Positions 13,160 to 27,215 of a stretch of 64,000 nucleotides of DNA are shown here, piece after piece. Origin of the DNA: Felis catus. Its lineage: Eukaryota. Location: NCBI RefSeq assembly GCF_018350175.1, contig NC_058368.1, forward strand, positions 37,078,001 to 37,142,000, given 5' to 3'. The notes beneath the pieces are model-generated. The model saw only the letters and a program-made list of their open reading frames with translations, searched no databases and had not been told where the DNA came from. The position numbers were made by a program, and so were the translations under genes. Each line of letters starts with the position of its first letter. The stretch's first letter is position 1.

Positions 13160-13860
13160 AATGTTTGGGGTCCTGTGAAGAATTGAGAAAGAGGGTTCTC
13201 CTCGGCCACAGACACTGGGTAGAAAAGCTGAAGAAGACTATTAGACACTGAGCTGAAGGGTCTGAGGAAGTGTATTGAGCAAAAGTGAGAGGAAACTTGG
13301 AATATTGGGAATCTCACAGAGTACCCTCTGAGCAGGGCACCAGTTGTGTCCATGGAGTGAACACTCAAAATTTATACAGATAGAAAACCAAGAGACATGG
13401 ACCTAGTGGAGGAAACTTCCCTGCTAATGGTGTGTATTTAAGGGCGTTGGGATCAGGGAAGGGAGGTCTGTGCGCTATGCACCATTTGCTTACAGGAGAG
13501 TCAGTAGCTAACTGAGTGGCAGTGGCAGTGTAATAGCACAGGAGAGGCCTCTAATGGCATGTAATTTGGGCAGGAGTGCATCTGAGGACAGATGCACTTT
13601 TATGTGCTGTATGAGGGAAGTAAATCGAAGTATTTTTTAACTAGAAAAGATAGAGCCCTTGGAGGATCAGGTATGAAACAACATGGGTCAGGTACGCCTG
13701 ACTCCAAGGTCAAATGGGGTGTTTTATGCGGCATCTTTATGTCAGTTGTGGTGGATCACCAGGACTCTATGTACCCAAGGTGGCGCTGGATTTATACTGT
13801 TGATGTTAGCTGGCAAACATTTAGAAAGGTAGATTTTAAAGGAGAAGTGTTGGTGGTAGA
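13160..13860. mobile_element. Possible ERV solo LTR
   Basis: GC-richer LTR-like block; termini and family not resolved. Confidence 0.3.
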
Positions 13861-14759
13861 GAATGTTAGAGGCCTAGCAGAACATTGTCTGTATTGTATT
13901 TTACTTGTCTTATTGTCTGACACATAAATGGTGATGATTATTTACCTCTGTATCCTTAGTGTCTAATTGTAGCCTCGGTACATAGTTGGTGCCAGTCATT
14001 TTTTTTTTGCAAAAAATAACTACATGAATGAATGGAAGGCACTCTGAGGCCAAAATCATCACAAATGTAAAGTTTTCAATTTCATTCTGATGGGTTTCAT
14101 GGGGTTTCTATTTACGTCTATTTCAGAAACTCACACGCCTGGAAGTCTATCTTTTTGTATTCAACAAAGCCTGGTACAAAAAAAAATCACTTGCTAGCCA
14201 TAACTTAAAAATACAGCTCCAAGTCAGAGTGCTGAATCTCCTAGGGGCAATCCTTTGTTTCATCACTATCGGCTGACAGATGTTATTCCTCAAGTATTAG
14301 TGATTGAGTTGAAGAGTTGTTTTCTTTTCTTTTCTTTTCTTCTGATGTGTGGGAGCCTTTTCAGTGGCGCAGAAGTCAGGGCACATAGTGATCTTAGAGG
14401 ATCCTAGGGGTTCGTAGCAGAGTAGAGTAGCGATCCTTGAGTAGCAGCATTCTCTCAGGAGGCTTTGGAGAGGTAATTCAGCTTTAAAATTTGCTGGGAA
14501 ACTATCACCATGTTCTCAGTGGCAAATGTCTGGAAAAATATGAATTTCAAGAAATAATGTAGAGACAATGTAGTAGATTGTAACCACTCCAAATAGAAAT
14601 GTAGTCCATTTTCTTGTACGTTTTCTAAGCATATATTTAGTGACTCTTTTAGTTTACTTTTATCTCTTCTCACTCCACTCTTTATTTCACATTCCCATGA
14701 CAGTGTCTCTCTAGATGCAAATCTGATTATGCTATTACTTGATTACAAACCTTCAATTA

Positions 14760-14923
14760 GGGGCACCTGGGTGGCTCAGTTGGTTAAGCATCTGACTCTG
14801 GACCTCGGCTCATGTTGTTATCTCAGGGTTTGTGGGTTCAAGCCCCGTGTCAGGCTCTACATTGACAGTGCAGAGTCTGCTTGGGATTCTCTCTTTTCCT
14901 TTCTCTCTGCCCCTCCCATGCTT

Positions 14924-14954
<31 letters not shown>

Positions 14955-14990
14955 TACAAATAAAAAGAAAAAAGAAAAAGAAGAAGAAGA
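14760..14990 (+). mobile_element. CanSINE
   Basis: ggggcacctgggtggctcagttggttaagc head, CT-rich tract, aataaataaa and A-rich tail. Confidence 0.93.
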
Positions 14991-15669
14991 ATTTGCTTCT
15001 CGCTGCTTACCAGTTATACCAGTGTGCATTTGCTCTCACATGAGACCGATAAAGTGCTTGTTATAAGAGTAAGCCTCACATTAATGTGGAAAAATGGGAA
15101 GGGGGTTAAAGCTCTGGAAAACCACAGCAGAAATAGTTATGAGTGACTTCTCCAAATGAGTGGCGACGCTGGAGAAGCCTCTCTTTTTGTAGGAAGCCAC
15201 AAAAATCATCATTGGCTGTTGTAGTCATCCAGTGTGAGCTTATGTAAAAATTTGGTAAGCCACTGATCTCTATGATCTGCTAAGAATAATGGCTTCTAGC
15301 TTACTTCACTTTCTAAATCTTGCTTGAATTTTGTACATTGGCAAATGTTAATCCAGAATCTTAAAGCAAATGGTTGAGAAGTGATGATGACAGCAGTACT
15401 GCACGGTAGTAAAGTCCAGACTCCTGTGCCTAAAAACACAAGACCCTTGAGTATCAAACTCCAGCCCCTTTTTGTCATTATGTGCCTAAACTGAATCCCT
15501 GCAGTCACTCTGTGCTTTGAATACAGACTGCTGTTCCCCCCACTTGGTTCAAATTTCCTTTCCTTCTGTGTTTCTGAGCTCTTACACATCTTTTAAGGTC
15601 TTGCCAAGGTTTTCAGGTAAGAAACCTTCCCCTAATATCATGAGCAGCACTAGCTTACTTACCCTTCTC

Positions 15670-16030
15670 TGTTGCATCACTTAAGATTGAATTCAGTGCA
15701 GTAGAACAGACTACAAGAGTGGCTGAAATAGTTAAAAGTTTTTTGTACATCACACAACCAGAGATTCAAGGTGGTCATTAAGCATTGACATGGGAAATCA
15801 ACATATGTTCTGCCATTTTTAATACGGGGCTTTGTCCTATGGTTGCCATTAAAATGGCCCCAAACCAGGCATCACACTCACATTCCAGGTAGGAGGAAGG
15901 AGAACAGGAAACAGGCAGCTCCAGCACATGTCTGCTTACATTTCATTGCAGCAAAGCAATCCTTGTCTGCAGTTGGTCTAATTAATTGGTTTTTAGCTTA
16001 ATAATCAGTTTTTGGCTAATAAATCTCTCT
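15670..16030 (-). mobile_element. MaLR LTR (MLT1-like) fragment
   Basis: caggcatcacactcacattccaggtaggaggaagg...tctgcttacatttcattg MLT1-like motifs. Confidence 0.5.
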
Positions 16031-16892
16031 GGAAGAAATTAGTAAGGGAAAAGGAGTAACCATGGGTGTGGGGTAATGTACAGCGGGATAATGTAATATT
16101 TCTCAAAGTACTTAGAGTAAAACACTTTACACAGGTGTCATCATTATTTGCATGTTCTTGTCTGTCTCACTGAATGGGATGACAGAATCACAGGGCCAGT
16201 GTCAATGTCTCACTCATCTTTCTATAAAACATGTAGGATATTATAGAAAAAATGAATCTCTGATATATAGGAATATATTGAGATTTTAATCAGATAGAAC
16301 TAAGTATCATTGAGTAAGTAGATTCAACTAGTGTATGAAAACCTCAAATCCCTCAAGGATATGATGTGATGATATTAAGTGATTGAAATACTTGTGTCTC
16401 TAGCTAGCAATACAGATGGCACAGAGTTAAATAAAGTACAAATAAGTATTATAACCACTCCTGACTAGTCAAGCTATGAGCCTATGAATTGTATTTCCAG
16501 ACCAAAAAGTACTTGTATAGTTTGTTGGTAATCCTGTCATTTTGATTCAGAGCATGAGTGATGATGCCATTAACACGGTATGCTCTTTAAAATGCCATAT
16601 TCCTTAGTCTATTCTAGGACTGATAGGTTTATTTATTAGAGATATTAAATAAGCTAAAACCATATCCTGTACTTTCTTCATTCAGTAATTTTGAATTCTG
16701 GGTCACATCACACCATATTATTTATCTCTATGAATCTTTATGAGAATGAGTTTGTCTCTGAAAAGGAGATGATTTGACAAACCAAACACCATTTCATTTA
16801 CAACAAAAAAGAAAATAATAGTTTTTTTTTAAATGAGAAGCCTTTTTCCTGAGTGGATGAATAATTTGAAACTGTGACAGATTCAAGAACTT

Positions 16893-17112
16893 AAAAAAAA
16901 ATTTTTTTAACGTTTATTTATTTTTGAGACAGAGAGAGAGAGAGAGCATGAACGGGGGAGGGTCAGAGAGAGAGGGAGACACAGAATCTGAAACAGGCTC
17001 CAGGCTCTGAGCTGTCAGCACAGAGCCCGACGCAGGGCTCGAACTCACAGACTGTGAGATCATGACCTGAGCCGAAGTTGGACGCTTAACTGACTGAGCC
17101 ACCCAGGTGCCT
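16893..17112 (-). mobile_element. CanSINE (SINEC_Fc-type)
   Basis: Full body with aacgtttatttattttt tail; short TSD aagaactt on both sides. Confidence 0.95.
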
Positions 17113-19305
17113 TAAGAACTTTTGAATCAATTCTTTTAAATTCTCTTAATAATATACATAATTTTTAGCTTGCATGATATACTTTCATAGTTCTGTAAAA
17201 ATCGAAGTTCAAGACATTCTCAGAGAAAGCCATATGGATTAACTATTTGGAATGTGATTTTGGTTATGTTCTCCCTGACACTGCCTTCAATTCTCTCCTG
17301 TTTCCTTGTCTCCCATCCCTATTCTGAAAAATATATATTATATGATATAGTCTTTTATAACTGTTGTTATAACTTTGTGTTCTTGCTGGTTCAAAAAATC
17401 TGCAATTATCGAATGATTATTCTTCTCAAGGGAAAATAGTCAGTAGTTCTTAATTGATTGCTCTCTGGAATAACTAATCAAACTAACCTTGGGAATATTG
17501 CATTAAATCCTTTAATTAATGAGTTACTGTATTGTTGTAAGTAGCATTGACATTCCCAGAAAAAAAAAAAGGTGGAGTGAAACCTTATGACATAGGAGGT
17601 TTTCTTAATGTTCACCCATATGTGTGGTCTCTACAGAATTGTAAGTACTTATTTATGTTTTACACATTTTATTTTAAAGATGCATAAACACATAATCCAC
17701 ATCCTGTCTTTAATATAGGGTGTCGCCCAGATCTGGTCCTTTCCAAATTAACAAAGATTTCCTTGCTTTGATCAATTTTCACTTAGCTCTGACAGCATTA
17801 AAGAAAATAAGAGAGTATTGCTATTGGCACTAGTTCACTACTAAAAAAAAATTATACATTCATCCATTTAAGCAATTTGCCATTGTTGACTTACTATTGA
17901 TTAATCATTGATGTTGCATTACTACCATTTAATTAAAGGTACTGAAAGGCATATTTTAGGGTCTGTCACCATTTAAAATGAAAATGAGATGTTGATGATC
18001 GTGTTTGTCAGAAGATGACCTTTTATGAGGACTATTCAGTAATGAAAGAGTGCATACTGTCTTCCAACAGATAAATGCTTGCAGGAACATACCCTTAGTG
18101 TACTCTTTTTGCTTTTGTTTACGTCTACCATTTAGGAGAGTGTATCTCTCCTTCTCCATCTCTCCAGCTTTGATTCTTCTCTGTATCTCTCTATCAGGTA
18201 ACATTTCTCTTGCATAACAATAGCTGAATTTGTAACGAAAAGAACACTGTACTGGCTGTCGGGCCAGTTGATGCTTCAGTCTGGATTTATCCTCCTGTTG
18301 GAACTTTAAAAAGTCATTTGGACTCTCCACTTCTCAGTTTCTTCATTAGTAAAAGAAAAGAATTCTGTTCACCGTTTTATTTCTAAAACTAGAATGTCAG
18401 GTTTAAAAACCAGATGAAAATGTGGTTTGTTTACTGCTGTATCCCAACACCAGAAACAGTGCTTTGAATGCAGAATGTTCTCAGGAAGTGTTTGCTGAAT
18501 TAATTAATGAATCCCAGCTATTCAAAATCAAATCTCAATATTGGTTATAAGGAGAGAAAGCAATATTTCTAACACATGTGAATGGAGGAATAAAAAGTAC
18601 ACAACACAAACATTTCTAATCCCACTATACAATATAAGCAAGAGAATATGACCAACTTCATAGAATTGACTTCTTATTTCAGTCTTTCTTGATTTCCTCA
18701 GGAGTAACATTCTCCTGATTTTGCTTCTCATATTCTTTTATATTTCCTTACTGTTTTGTCACATGCGAATGTATTCCTAAAATACGTATCGCTTATTTTT
18801 ATATCATTTTGAATTTTATATGAAGAGAACAAGGATATTTCTTTCATGCTGTGATATACGCTCAACATCATATTTGAGATATTCACCGTGTTAAATGCAT
18901 GGAACTACATCTTATGCATTTTCACTATAATTTGAATTCTTCATTCTGTTTCATTGCTCTGTTTCCCTGTTTTTGTGCTTATTGACACTATCTTAATTAT
19001 GTTACCATTTAAACATACAAGTGTTTAACAGGTCTTAATATCTAGTGTGGTAAGTCTCCTTCCTTATTATTTCCCAGGTATGTTTTGGTCCTTCTTGGGT
19101 GTTTTCTTGAACAAAAACACATTAGACTCTGCTTACTCAACATCCAAAATCTCTCTGTATTTTTACTGGAATGTCACTGAATCTACACAGCATTTGGGGG
19201 TACATTTACCCCCATTATCATTATTTTGTTATTTTTTTTTCTACTCATGAAAATGAAATATAGTATTTTAATGTTTTTAGATAACCTTTGAAAACACCCT
19301 TTATG

Positions 19306-19601
<296 letters not shown>

Positions 19602-19682
19602 CTATTATAAAAATAAAACAGCCTTACATTTTTATCTCTGCATTTCATGGCTGCAATGTGGTTAATATTTTGTTTACAGCAA

Positions 19683-19866
19683 TTTTCTTATTTTAGAGAA
19701 AGAGCATGAGTGGGGGAAAGGGGAAGAGGGAGAGAGGGAGAATCTTAAGCACGCTCCATGCTCAGTGCAGAATCTGACATGGGGCTCAATCTCATGACCC
19801 TGGGATCATGACCTGAGCCAAAATCAAGAATCATAAGCTCAACCTACTGAGCCACCCAAGTGTCCC
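19683..19866 (-). mobile_element. CanSINE (older)
   Basis: gatcatgacctgagccaaaatcaaga...actgagccacccaagtgtccc. Confidence 0.9.
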
Positions 19867-20869
19867 TGCATTATGAATGATTTTTACAAGTCAATCTTTA
19901 ATTTCTCTAACTGTATATTTTTTAGCTATGTCTAACCTGCTTTTTAACTCATTATAAAATTTCAATTATTGAAATTATTTCATTATTCGAAGTTATATTT
20001 GTTCTTAAAAATTTTTTCTTGATCATAGTTTTCAGTTTCTCTGTTTTTAAAAACCTGTTAATGTTTTTATTATATATTCCATAGCAAATAATTTCATATC
20101 TAAAAACTTTGTATAGTTTGTTTCTTACTGTTGTTTCTTTGGAGATTATGGCACATTATTGGTGGATTGTGATTTTGTGTTATGATTTATGTTCCTAGAA
20201 ACTTTCTTACTGATGATTTCCTGAGAACTCGGTTAATCCAAAAAGTATTTGCAGTTGCTTCTGCCAGGTACCTATGAATGCTGTTTACCAACAGTTACTT
20301 TATAATTAGGATTTCCCTTCGAGAATTTTTGAACAATCCAAGTACTGTGATTTGGGAGCATAGATTTGAGGAGGGTCAAATTATGGGAAGAGAAAATATT
20401 TGTTCCTAGACTCAGTCATGAAGGATAGAAGGGGAAGATCCCTTGCTGTTCTTCCCTGCCAAGTTTATTTCAAGTTCACTGTCACACTGAACGTGTACTG
20501 CTTTAAGTTTTCCGCATTACATAGCAGTCTCTTGTTGGACTCACTGACTTGGGTGGAGTTAACACCCCAAGGCTCACCCCTCCTTACCTCTGACATAAAC
20601 AACTCCCTACAAACTCCCTACAGACATAAACAAAATCACTAGTTATCTCCTTTGTCTTCACTGTTATTATGGATTTCTAATGCTCTTGTCAGTCTAGTAA
20701 TGGGTTTAAATGATGCTTTTTATATTTTATGCAGCATTCTGAATTTTTTTATATGGTAGTGTTATTGAAAAAAAATACCATAATGCTGAAAATGCAAATC
20801 TCTATCCTAGGTTTTTTGTTTTTAGAACAAACAAACAAAACCTATCAAAAGTGGTTGTGAACATACAGT

Positions 20870-21350
20870 TGTTCTTCCTATATTTATTGAAGTCATCGTA
20901 TGTATCATGTATTATGCCAGGCATCAAGGACATAAAGAATGGGGTAGGATCTGCCTTCTTGTAGCTCACAATCTCCAGGCATGGAGACTCTCAGAAACTA
21001 GTCAGTTGTAATAGAAAACAGTCCCGTGGAAAGTTAGTGGACCACTTTTAATTGGCCTTGAGAATCTGAGGCAAGCTTAACTGAAAAGGAGGGTATATGA
21101 GCTGGTTAATGATGATGTAGCAGAAAATTGGCCAAAAAGCGAGTTTAGGGACTTATTCCAGAATGCAGAAACAAGAACTAATTTGGGGATTCTGTAAAGA
21201 GCTGGGAGTGTTGAAGTTACTGAAGGATGGACTGTGACAGGGTTTCAGGGTGTGCATTTGGCTGGGTGGTAATAATATTGGAAAGGTAGATTTTGAACAA
21301 TTGCTAGGTTAGGCATTTGGAAGTTTTGTGATATTGAAAATATCCAGTAA
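20870..21350 (-). mobile_element. L2 3' fragment
   Basis: tatttattga...tatgccaggca...ctgccttcttgtagctcacaatct, a typical L2 3' end in reverse. Confidence 0.55.
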
Positions 21351-21670
21351 GCTTGAAATTTAGTGAAGAAATGAATGAGGATGTTAGAAGATGCTTAAGA
21401 TACATTTGCTCTTTGGAGAAATTGCAAGACAGTTGAACAGCTTCCTACTTGAATACAGATTTTTTTTTCAGTTTACTTATTACAAGTTAAAGCTAGTAAT
21501 GAAGGTAATTTTGACTTTCTCCAAAATTAATACTGTTTCATGGAAAATGGTTATATACATACACACACTAGTACACTTGCATACTCAAAATTCAAAACCT
21601 TTACACTCAAAAAATGTTACCATAGTTTTCTCACACTAGACTCTTTAATAAAGCATTTTCTCTTCTCTAG

Positions 21671-21848
21671 GATCTGAGACATTATTTTCCTCAGCGCACA
21701 GGAATAATGAAAAGAACAAGTGCATTCAAAGCTTTAGAAAAGGAAATGCCTGATTAAGATATTTGCTGAATCACTGTCTCACTGAAGAGAGAGGACATTT
21801 GTCACAACAGGTGCATTTGCCAAAGCAGTGTGAGAACAGGTGACCGAG
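21671..21848 (+). other. Candidate 178-nt spliced exon of an unidentified host gene, probably untranslated
   Basis: Acceptor cattttctcttctctag|G with upstream ctttaat branch-like motif; donor GAG|gtgagc; unique sequence; stops in all three frames. Confidence 0.5.
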
Positions 21849-22764
21849 GTGAGCATAATGAGCTTGCCGAGGGAATCAAGTACAACACATTTGTAGCAGC
21901 TGCTTGGGCTTCAGGGAGCCTTAGGGAATTTACTTGAGATACTGAGCCAATTTATCTACTGGCATCATTGCCAGGGATGTGTTAGGAACTTGAGAAGCCA
22001 GCCTTGGGTACATCAGGAACATAAATATCATAGGAGTCACTGTGGAGAATATGAGATCCCAACATCTTAAAGAAGAAGACAAAACCTGAGATAGGTTTAC
22101 AGTGGCGTTTTCTCTTTCAACAAACAAACTTTTTGACTATCTAGTATAGATTAACATACTGATGTGCAAAAGAAGGAAAGAAAAAATCCTAACCTTCAGG
22201 AGCTTACTATCTAGGGAACAAGATACATGCAGATATGATATGCTCATGAGACTGTGAAAAGAGAGAAGTATCAAAATGAATGTGAAAAAAATTAGTGCTA
22301 AGGTTTTAAATTAGATTGGTCATAGTGAGCTATAATAGATGAACCGGGCTTAATAGAAGAGGTTGTACTTGTCCGGACTTTTGAAAGTTGAGGATATTTG
22401 GGCCAGGATGGACAGAGATCTTGTATGAACGGGTGACTTCCTTCTCCTTTAGCTATCAGTCATTCTCCTCCTGAACTTGGAAGCAGTATTAATCATTCTC
22501 AGTATAGTGTTGCAGGAAGACCCTGTGTTTCATCACAGATACAATTAGAGGTGAAAAGTGTTTACCACCCCTGATTTGTATAGGTAAATTAAGGAAAGGG
22601 CATTCTAGGCAGAGGGTGCCTAGGGTTGGCTTAGAATTTGTGTCCTAGGAACAATAGAAGGTGAGGATATACACTGAGTGATAGGGCAGGGGAGGTTGAG
22701 TGGTTACAGTGTGGATCTTAGGGGATCCATTTAGGATATTAGTCTCACCTGGTTACTGAGAACC

Positions 22765-23270
22765 AGGTTTTTTTTAAAAAAAAATACTTCAATTGAAGTA
22801 AGGTTGACATATAAAAAGCTGTACGTATTTTTGTAGAGAACTTGATTTTGCAGATAAATATATACCCATGACACTACATCTATGCTGTAAACATATCCAT
22901 CACCTTCAAAAACTTCCTCTCATCCTCTTTATTTATTATTATTATTATTTCTTTTTTGTACATCATAAAAAGGGTCTACCCTCTTAGCAAAATTTTAAGT
23001 ATAAAATATATTATTGTTATCTATAGGCTCTATGCTGTACAATAAATCTCTTGGATTTACTCATCTTGTATAACTGAAACTTTGTGCCCTTTGACTAACA
23101 TTTCTCGTTTCCTATCCTGCCTCTGGCAGCTGCTATCCTACTCTTTGCCTTTATGGGTTTGACTATTTTAGATTCCTCACATAAATGATGTCATGTAATA
23201 TGTGTCCTTCTGTGTGTAGCTGATTTCATATAGCATAATATCCTCTCGGTTCATCCATATTGCTACAACC
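22765..23270 (-). mobile_element. L1MB/L1MA-type 3' end
   Basis: aattgaagtaaggttgacatat...ttagattcctcacataaatga...agcataatatcctctcggttcatccat. Confidence 0.85.
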
Positions 23271-23359
23271 AGTGGATTTTTGGAAGCAAGGTCATAGCAA
23301 GATAATGGAGTCAGTAATATTAGATTTTTATGTAAGATTGATAAGAAAGGGAGCTTATG

Positions 23360-23579
23360 TGTGTTTCTGTCGCTTAGAGTTTAGCATCTAAAACACTTCT
23401 CCTAATTTTGGGATTTTCCAGCTTATATGGCAGAGCTCATTTCTCACGACTGAATGCCAAATACTCATTGTCCGAGGGTCGTCTGCAGCCGAAGAGTGTG
23501 CATATATTCTATAAGGGTACCCTGAGGAATTCAGGTCCACACTGGATTCAGTCTGACAGGGGTGGCAGTCAGTAGTATT

Positions 23580-23629
<50 letters not shown>

Positions 23630-23895
23630 GAGCTACTTCCTACTTCCAGAGAAAGCCGAGGTAACAATATGGCAGGTCAGTGCAGTTGGCAAAGCAAGGG
23701 GGTAGTAGTGTCTGTGCCTAATAGAGGCAAGAATATTGGTAATTCTTGCAACATTATGGTGTACCTTTTGGCTATTTAACCCCAACCACCGTTTGGGGCT
23801 CTCCCAGTGATATTTTCATTGACCCTTTTAACAAATGCCACTTTTGTGTAAGTTGACCAGATTGGTTTCTGTTGAATGCAGAACTGATCCAGGGG
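23360..23895 (+). mobile_element. Old ERVL LTR (LTR33/LTR16-like) containing a CAG expansion
   Basis: 3' part taagttgaccagattggtttctgttg resembles the LTR33/16 terminus. Confidence 0.5.
23581..23626. repeat. (CAG)15 trinucleotide repeat
   Basis: Direct reading, uninterrupted. Confidence 0.97.
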
Positions 23896-24119
23896 CATTC
23901 CAGTGAGAAGAATATTAAAATGATTTAGCCATGTGTAGGTGAGCTCGTGAGCAAATGTAATGGGACAATTTTCAAGAATGAATGGAAAGTTTTGGTGTCT
24001 GATCGTCTGTAAGAATAGAGTGGGGAGGTTTTTAAGTGCTGGGATGAGCTAGTGGAAACATACTGGAGAACACTAGTGGGGAGGTGATCAGTGGGATGTG
24101 TTGAGCACGCTGAGTTATT

Positions 24120-24450
24120 CCAAGTTTGTAGATGCTTTTCTCTACGATTAGATCATCTGTGCTTGCTAATTGGCTCTCACTGAAGGTAAGCCCTTAACTC
24201 TGTCACAGAGTGGCGGATAGGGGTGTTATCATCCTCGACTTAAAAAAGATGAAAGGATGGCGCTCAGGTCCTTGAGAGGACGTTCCTGGAGTGTAAAACT
24301 GGCAGGAAGCTTTTTAAAAGGTTTACATCTCCAAGGGGCAGAGAAAAAAGTTTAAATTATAAATTTTCTAAAGTAAACGCTCTAGTAAAAAGGAGAGAAA
24401 GGGGCATAGAGTCAGGAAGAAGCCTGTCAGGTCTAGTCGAGCTGCAGGTC
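24120..24450 (-). mobile_element. ERV1 LTR fragment (MER34/CarLTR-like)
   Basis: caggtccttgagagga...tttacatctccaaggggcagaga...ttttctaaagtaaacgctcta resembles MER34-group LTRs. Confidence 0.55.
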
Positions 24451-25688
24451 AGCCCTAAATTCCTCATCAATTTCCTGATCAATTCCAGGAGAAAGAAGGA
24501 GAAACACAGAAAAACTGAAGTTATTTTTATTTTCCATTAGGTTGAAGGAATGGAGTCAGAGTCAGAAATAATGTCATTACACGAAATCTAAAACTTGACT
24601 TTTTGCACACCTGGTCTGGCTACTGAGATTCATTAGCACACACATTAAAGCTTAATTATCCTTTTCCCATGTACTCACTCCTTAGTGAGCTTTCTAAAGA
24701 TTTAACTATTTACAGCCCTCCCAAACTACAATTAGAGTTACAACGAATACCTAAGTTTTACCAATTCTTTTTGATTCAAATCCATCTACATGTGGTAAAT
24801 CCAATAGGATATTTGCATTCTTTTCATTATGTGTAGGAAAATCAGTAAATTAGAGCAGTAAGCAGCTGTAAATTCAATAATCACTTTTAAGAAAGAGAAT
24901 AATTTAACAATTATGGGCATATATAAGAGAAAACACAAAATCTACACTTAAAAATTATGTGAATAAATGATGAAATTTAAATTGATCTGAATATGTTGTA
25001 TGAGATGCTTAATGTTGGAACGTACACTTGTATTTACATACAAATGAAATATATATTTAAGTATATTAAAGTACCAAAATGTTTTCCAGAAATCAGAAAT
25101 GCAGATGAGTGAAATTATATCAATAAATTCCAATAAAATTGCTCCTGAGTTATATTTATTTATATACTATTTACTATTTCCAAAGTGATTTCCTGATTAA
25201 TCCATCATGTTAGTAAATCCATAATGTTAGTAAATCCATAAATTGATATTTTACTCTCTTGCTTTCATCAGAAATTTACAGAATTTAAATTATGAGGTTA
25301 AAGTTCCAATAAGTATTCTTCTAAGTACCAAAAGGAAAAACAAAAGTCAAAATTAAGCGAACTGACTAAATGTTTTCTAATGTACTGAAAGTTGATTTCC
25401 ACTGGACACAATTTTCTTCCCTCTTATTTTTTTACATGTTAACCCTTTAATCTTAGTGTTTCTTCCCATTAGAGAAGACCATCCGTCTCTTAGAGCAACA
25501 TGCTTCACTTAACCTAAATATATCCAAAGCAGGAGAATTAAATTGTTCATGGAATACAGTCACTGATTTTAGTTTTCAGTATGTACATTTCTATTTTTAT
25601 ATTTGATTTAAATTTGGCCTATTGTCCTTGTCTTTTTCCATCCCCTCTTATTCTCCTATTCAATTCTTGGTAGAGAAAAAAAAAGCCT

Positions 25689-25848
25689 TTTTCTTTTCTT
25701 TTCTTTTCTTTTCTTTTCTTTTCTTTTCTTTTCTTTTCTTTTTTCTCTTTTCTTTTCTTTTCTTTTCTTTTCTTTTCTTTTCTTTTCTTTTCTTTTCTTT
25801 TCTTTTCTTTTCTTTTCTTTTCTTTTCTTTTCTTTTCTTTTCTTTTCT
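25689..25848. repeat. (TTTTC)n pentanucleotide microsatellite, ~30 units
   Basis: Direct reading; one internal interruption. Confidence 0.97.
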
Positions 25849-26659
25849 GTTTTTTCCTATAGTAGACCTCTGCTTAAAAGGCAGGGAAAAGGTTATACTA
25901 CTATCTTTTCATGCCGAATGTCCTTGGTTAGTGCATTGGCTTAATAAAGAGTGTTTATCTTCATGTGTAGCTTTTTTTACACAATAAGTTGTTATTAAAC
26001 TTATGTATAAGTTGACTTTTTAAGCTTAAACCATGTTTTAAATATGTGTAGTAATGGCTGTATGTAAATTGCCATCTAGTCTGTAAGCAATGTTTCCATT
26101 TGGTCTTGGTCTCTTCTGTCTTGGCCAAGGAGCAAAGCTATACCTTCACTCTTTCATTCCTTTATCCTCTGTTACCGCGTTTGCACAGCCTGTTTGAAGA
26201 AAAATATTAAAAAAAAAAACTGGTTGTGCATAAGTGATCCCCCTATTTAAAAAGTTTATTTATGCCTTTGTTTCTGCTTATTGTGGGTATCTAAGAGAGA
26301 ACTAAAAATGATTGGATTGTCCCATTGAGAATTCACTTATTGTCTTAGAAATAGAGTATGAATTTTGTAGAATAAATGGGAAGATATAGGAAGGAAATTA
26401 ATATTATATGAGGTCTTCATCTAATAATAGTCAACCTTCTGCAGGAAAATGTTACTATAATTCACATTACAGGTGAAGAAATAGGTTTAGAGAAATCTGG
26501 GATTTGGCCAAGATAGTGCAGTGTGAGGTCTGATTTCTAAATCCGTTGATGTTTCCTTACAATAAGCTGCTTCCAATAACGATAACAGCTCACATTTTTT
26601 AAGCACTTACCTTGTGCCAGAAATTCTTCTAAGTGTTTTAAAAGTGTAATTGCTCTCCA

Positions 26660-27215
26660 GCCATGCCTGTGGTTGAATAATTTGGGTTTATGATTCATTG
26701 TAAGGAGGAAGAGCCCACATCGTGGGGAACAATGAGGCATCTCAGTGGGAAACTATTAAAAAGATTTACAGGGTTTGGGCTGACTGTCCTGATATTGGTG
26801 GTTTTCAAGAAGATTTAAGGAAGCAGAGCTTGGCTCCAGATTGGATGTAGTCAGGAAGTAGGGTAGTGCCATGATGGGTTATGCAAATCTTATCTAGATG
26901 GAGGGAAAGCTGGAATGAGGCCAGGGCTAGAATTGTTAAAGGAGTCACTCATTTGGCAGGATAGGGGGCTGTTTGGGTCATTTTTGTCATTTGGACAATG
27001 TTCAGGTTTTCATCTATATTTAGGCATGATTATATTTAGGCATGATTAGTGGCCTTATTTTGGTCTTGAACCATCATGGTCATATAGTCATATGTGGCCT
27101 TTTATGATGTTGATGTTCTATAGAATTGTTTATGTTCAACAGGAAAAAACCAAGGCCTAGTTGGCAGTACAGAGCAGTTCTCAGATGTCAGAGGCCACTT
27201 TTCTCATTCTTAGTC
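26660..27215 (-). mobile_element. Old ERV LTR-like fragment, flanked upstream by MIR pieces
   Basis: LTR-like motifs (gaggaagagcccaca..ggggaac..tgaggcatctc; tagaattgtttatgttcaacagga); family uncertain. Confidence 0.45.

Noticed and set aside
17956..18330. 124-aa minus-strand ORF
   Set aside because: Non-ATG start, no recognisable homology or convincing splice context; length compatible with chance.
25622..25987. 121-aa Phe/Ser/Leu-rich membrane-like ORF
   Set aside because: Translation of the (TTTTC)n microsatellite.
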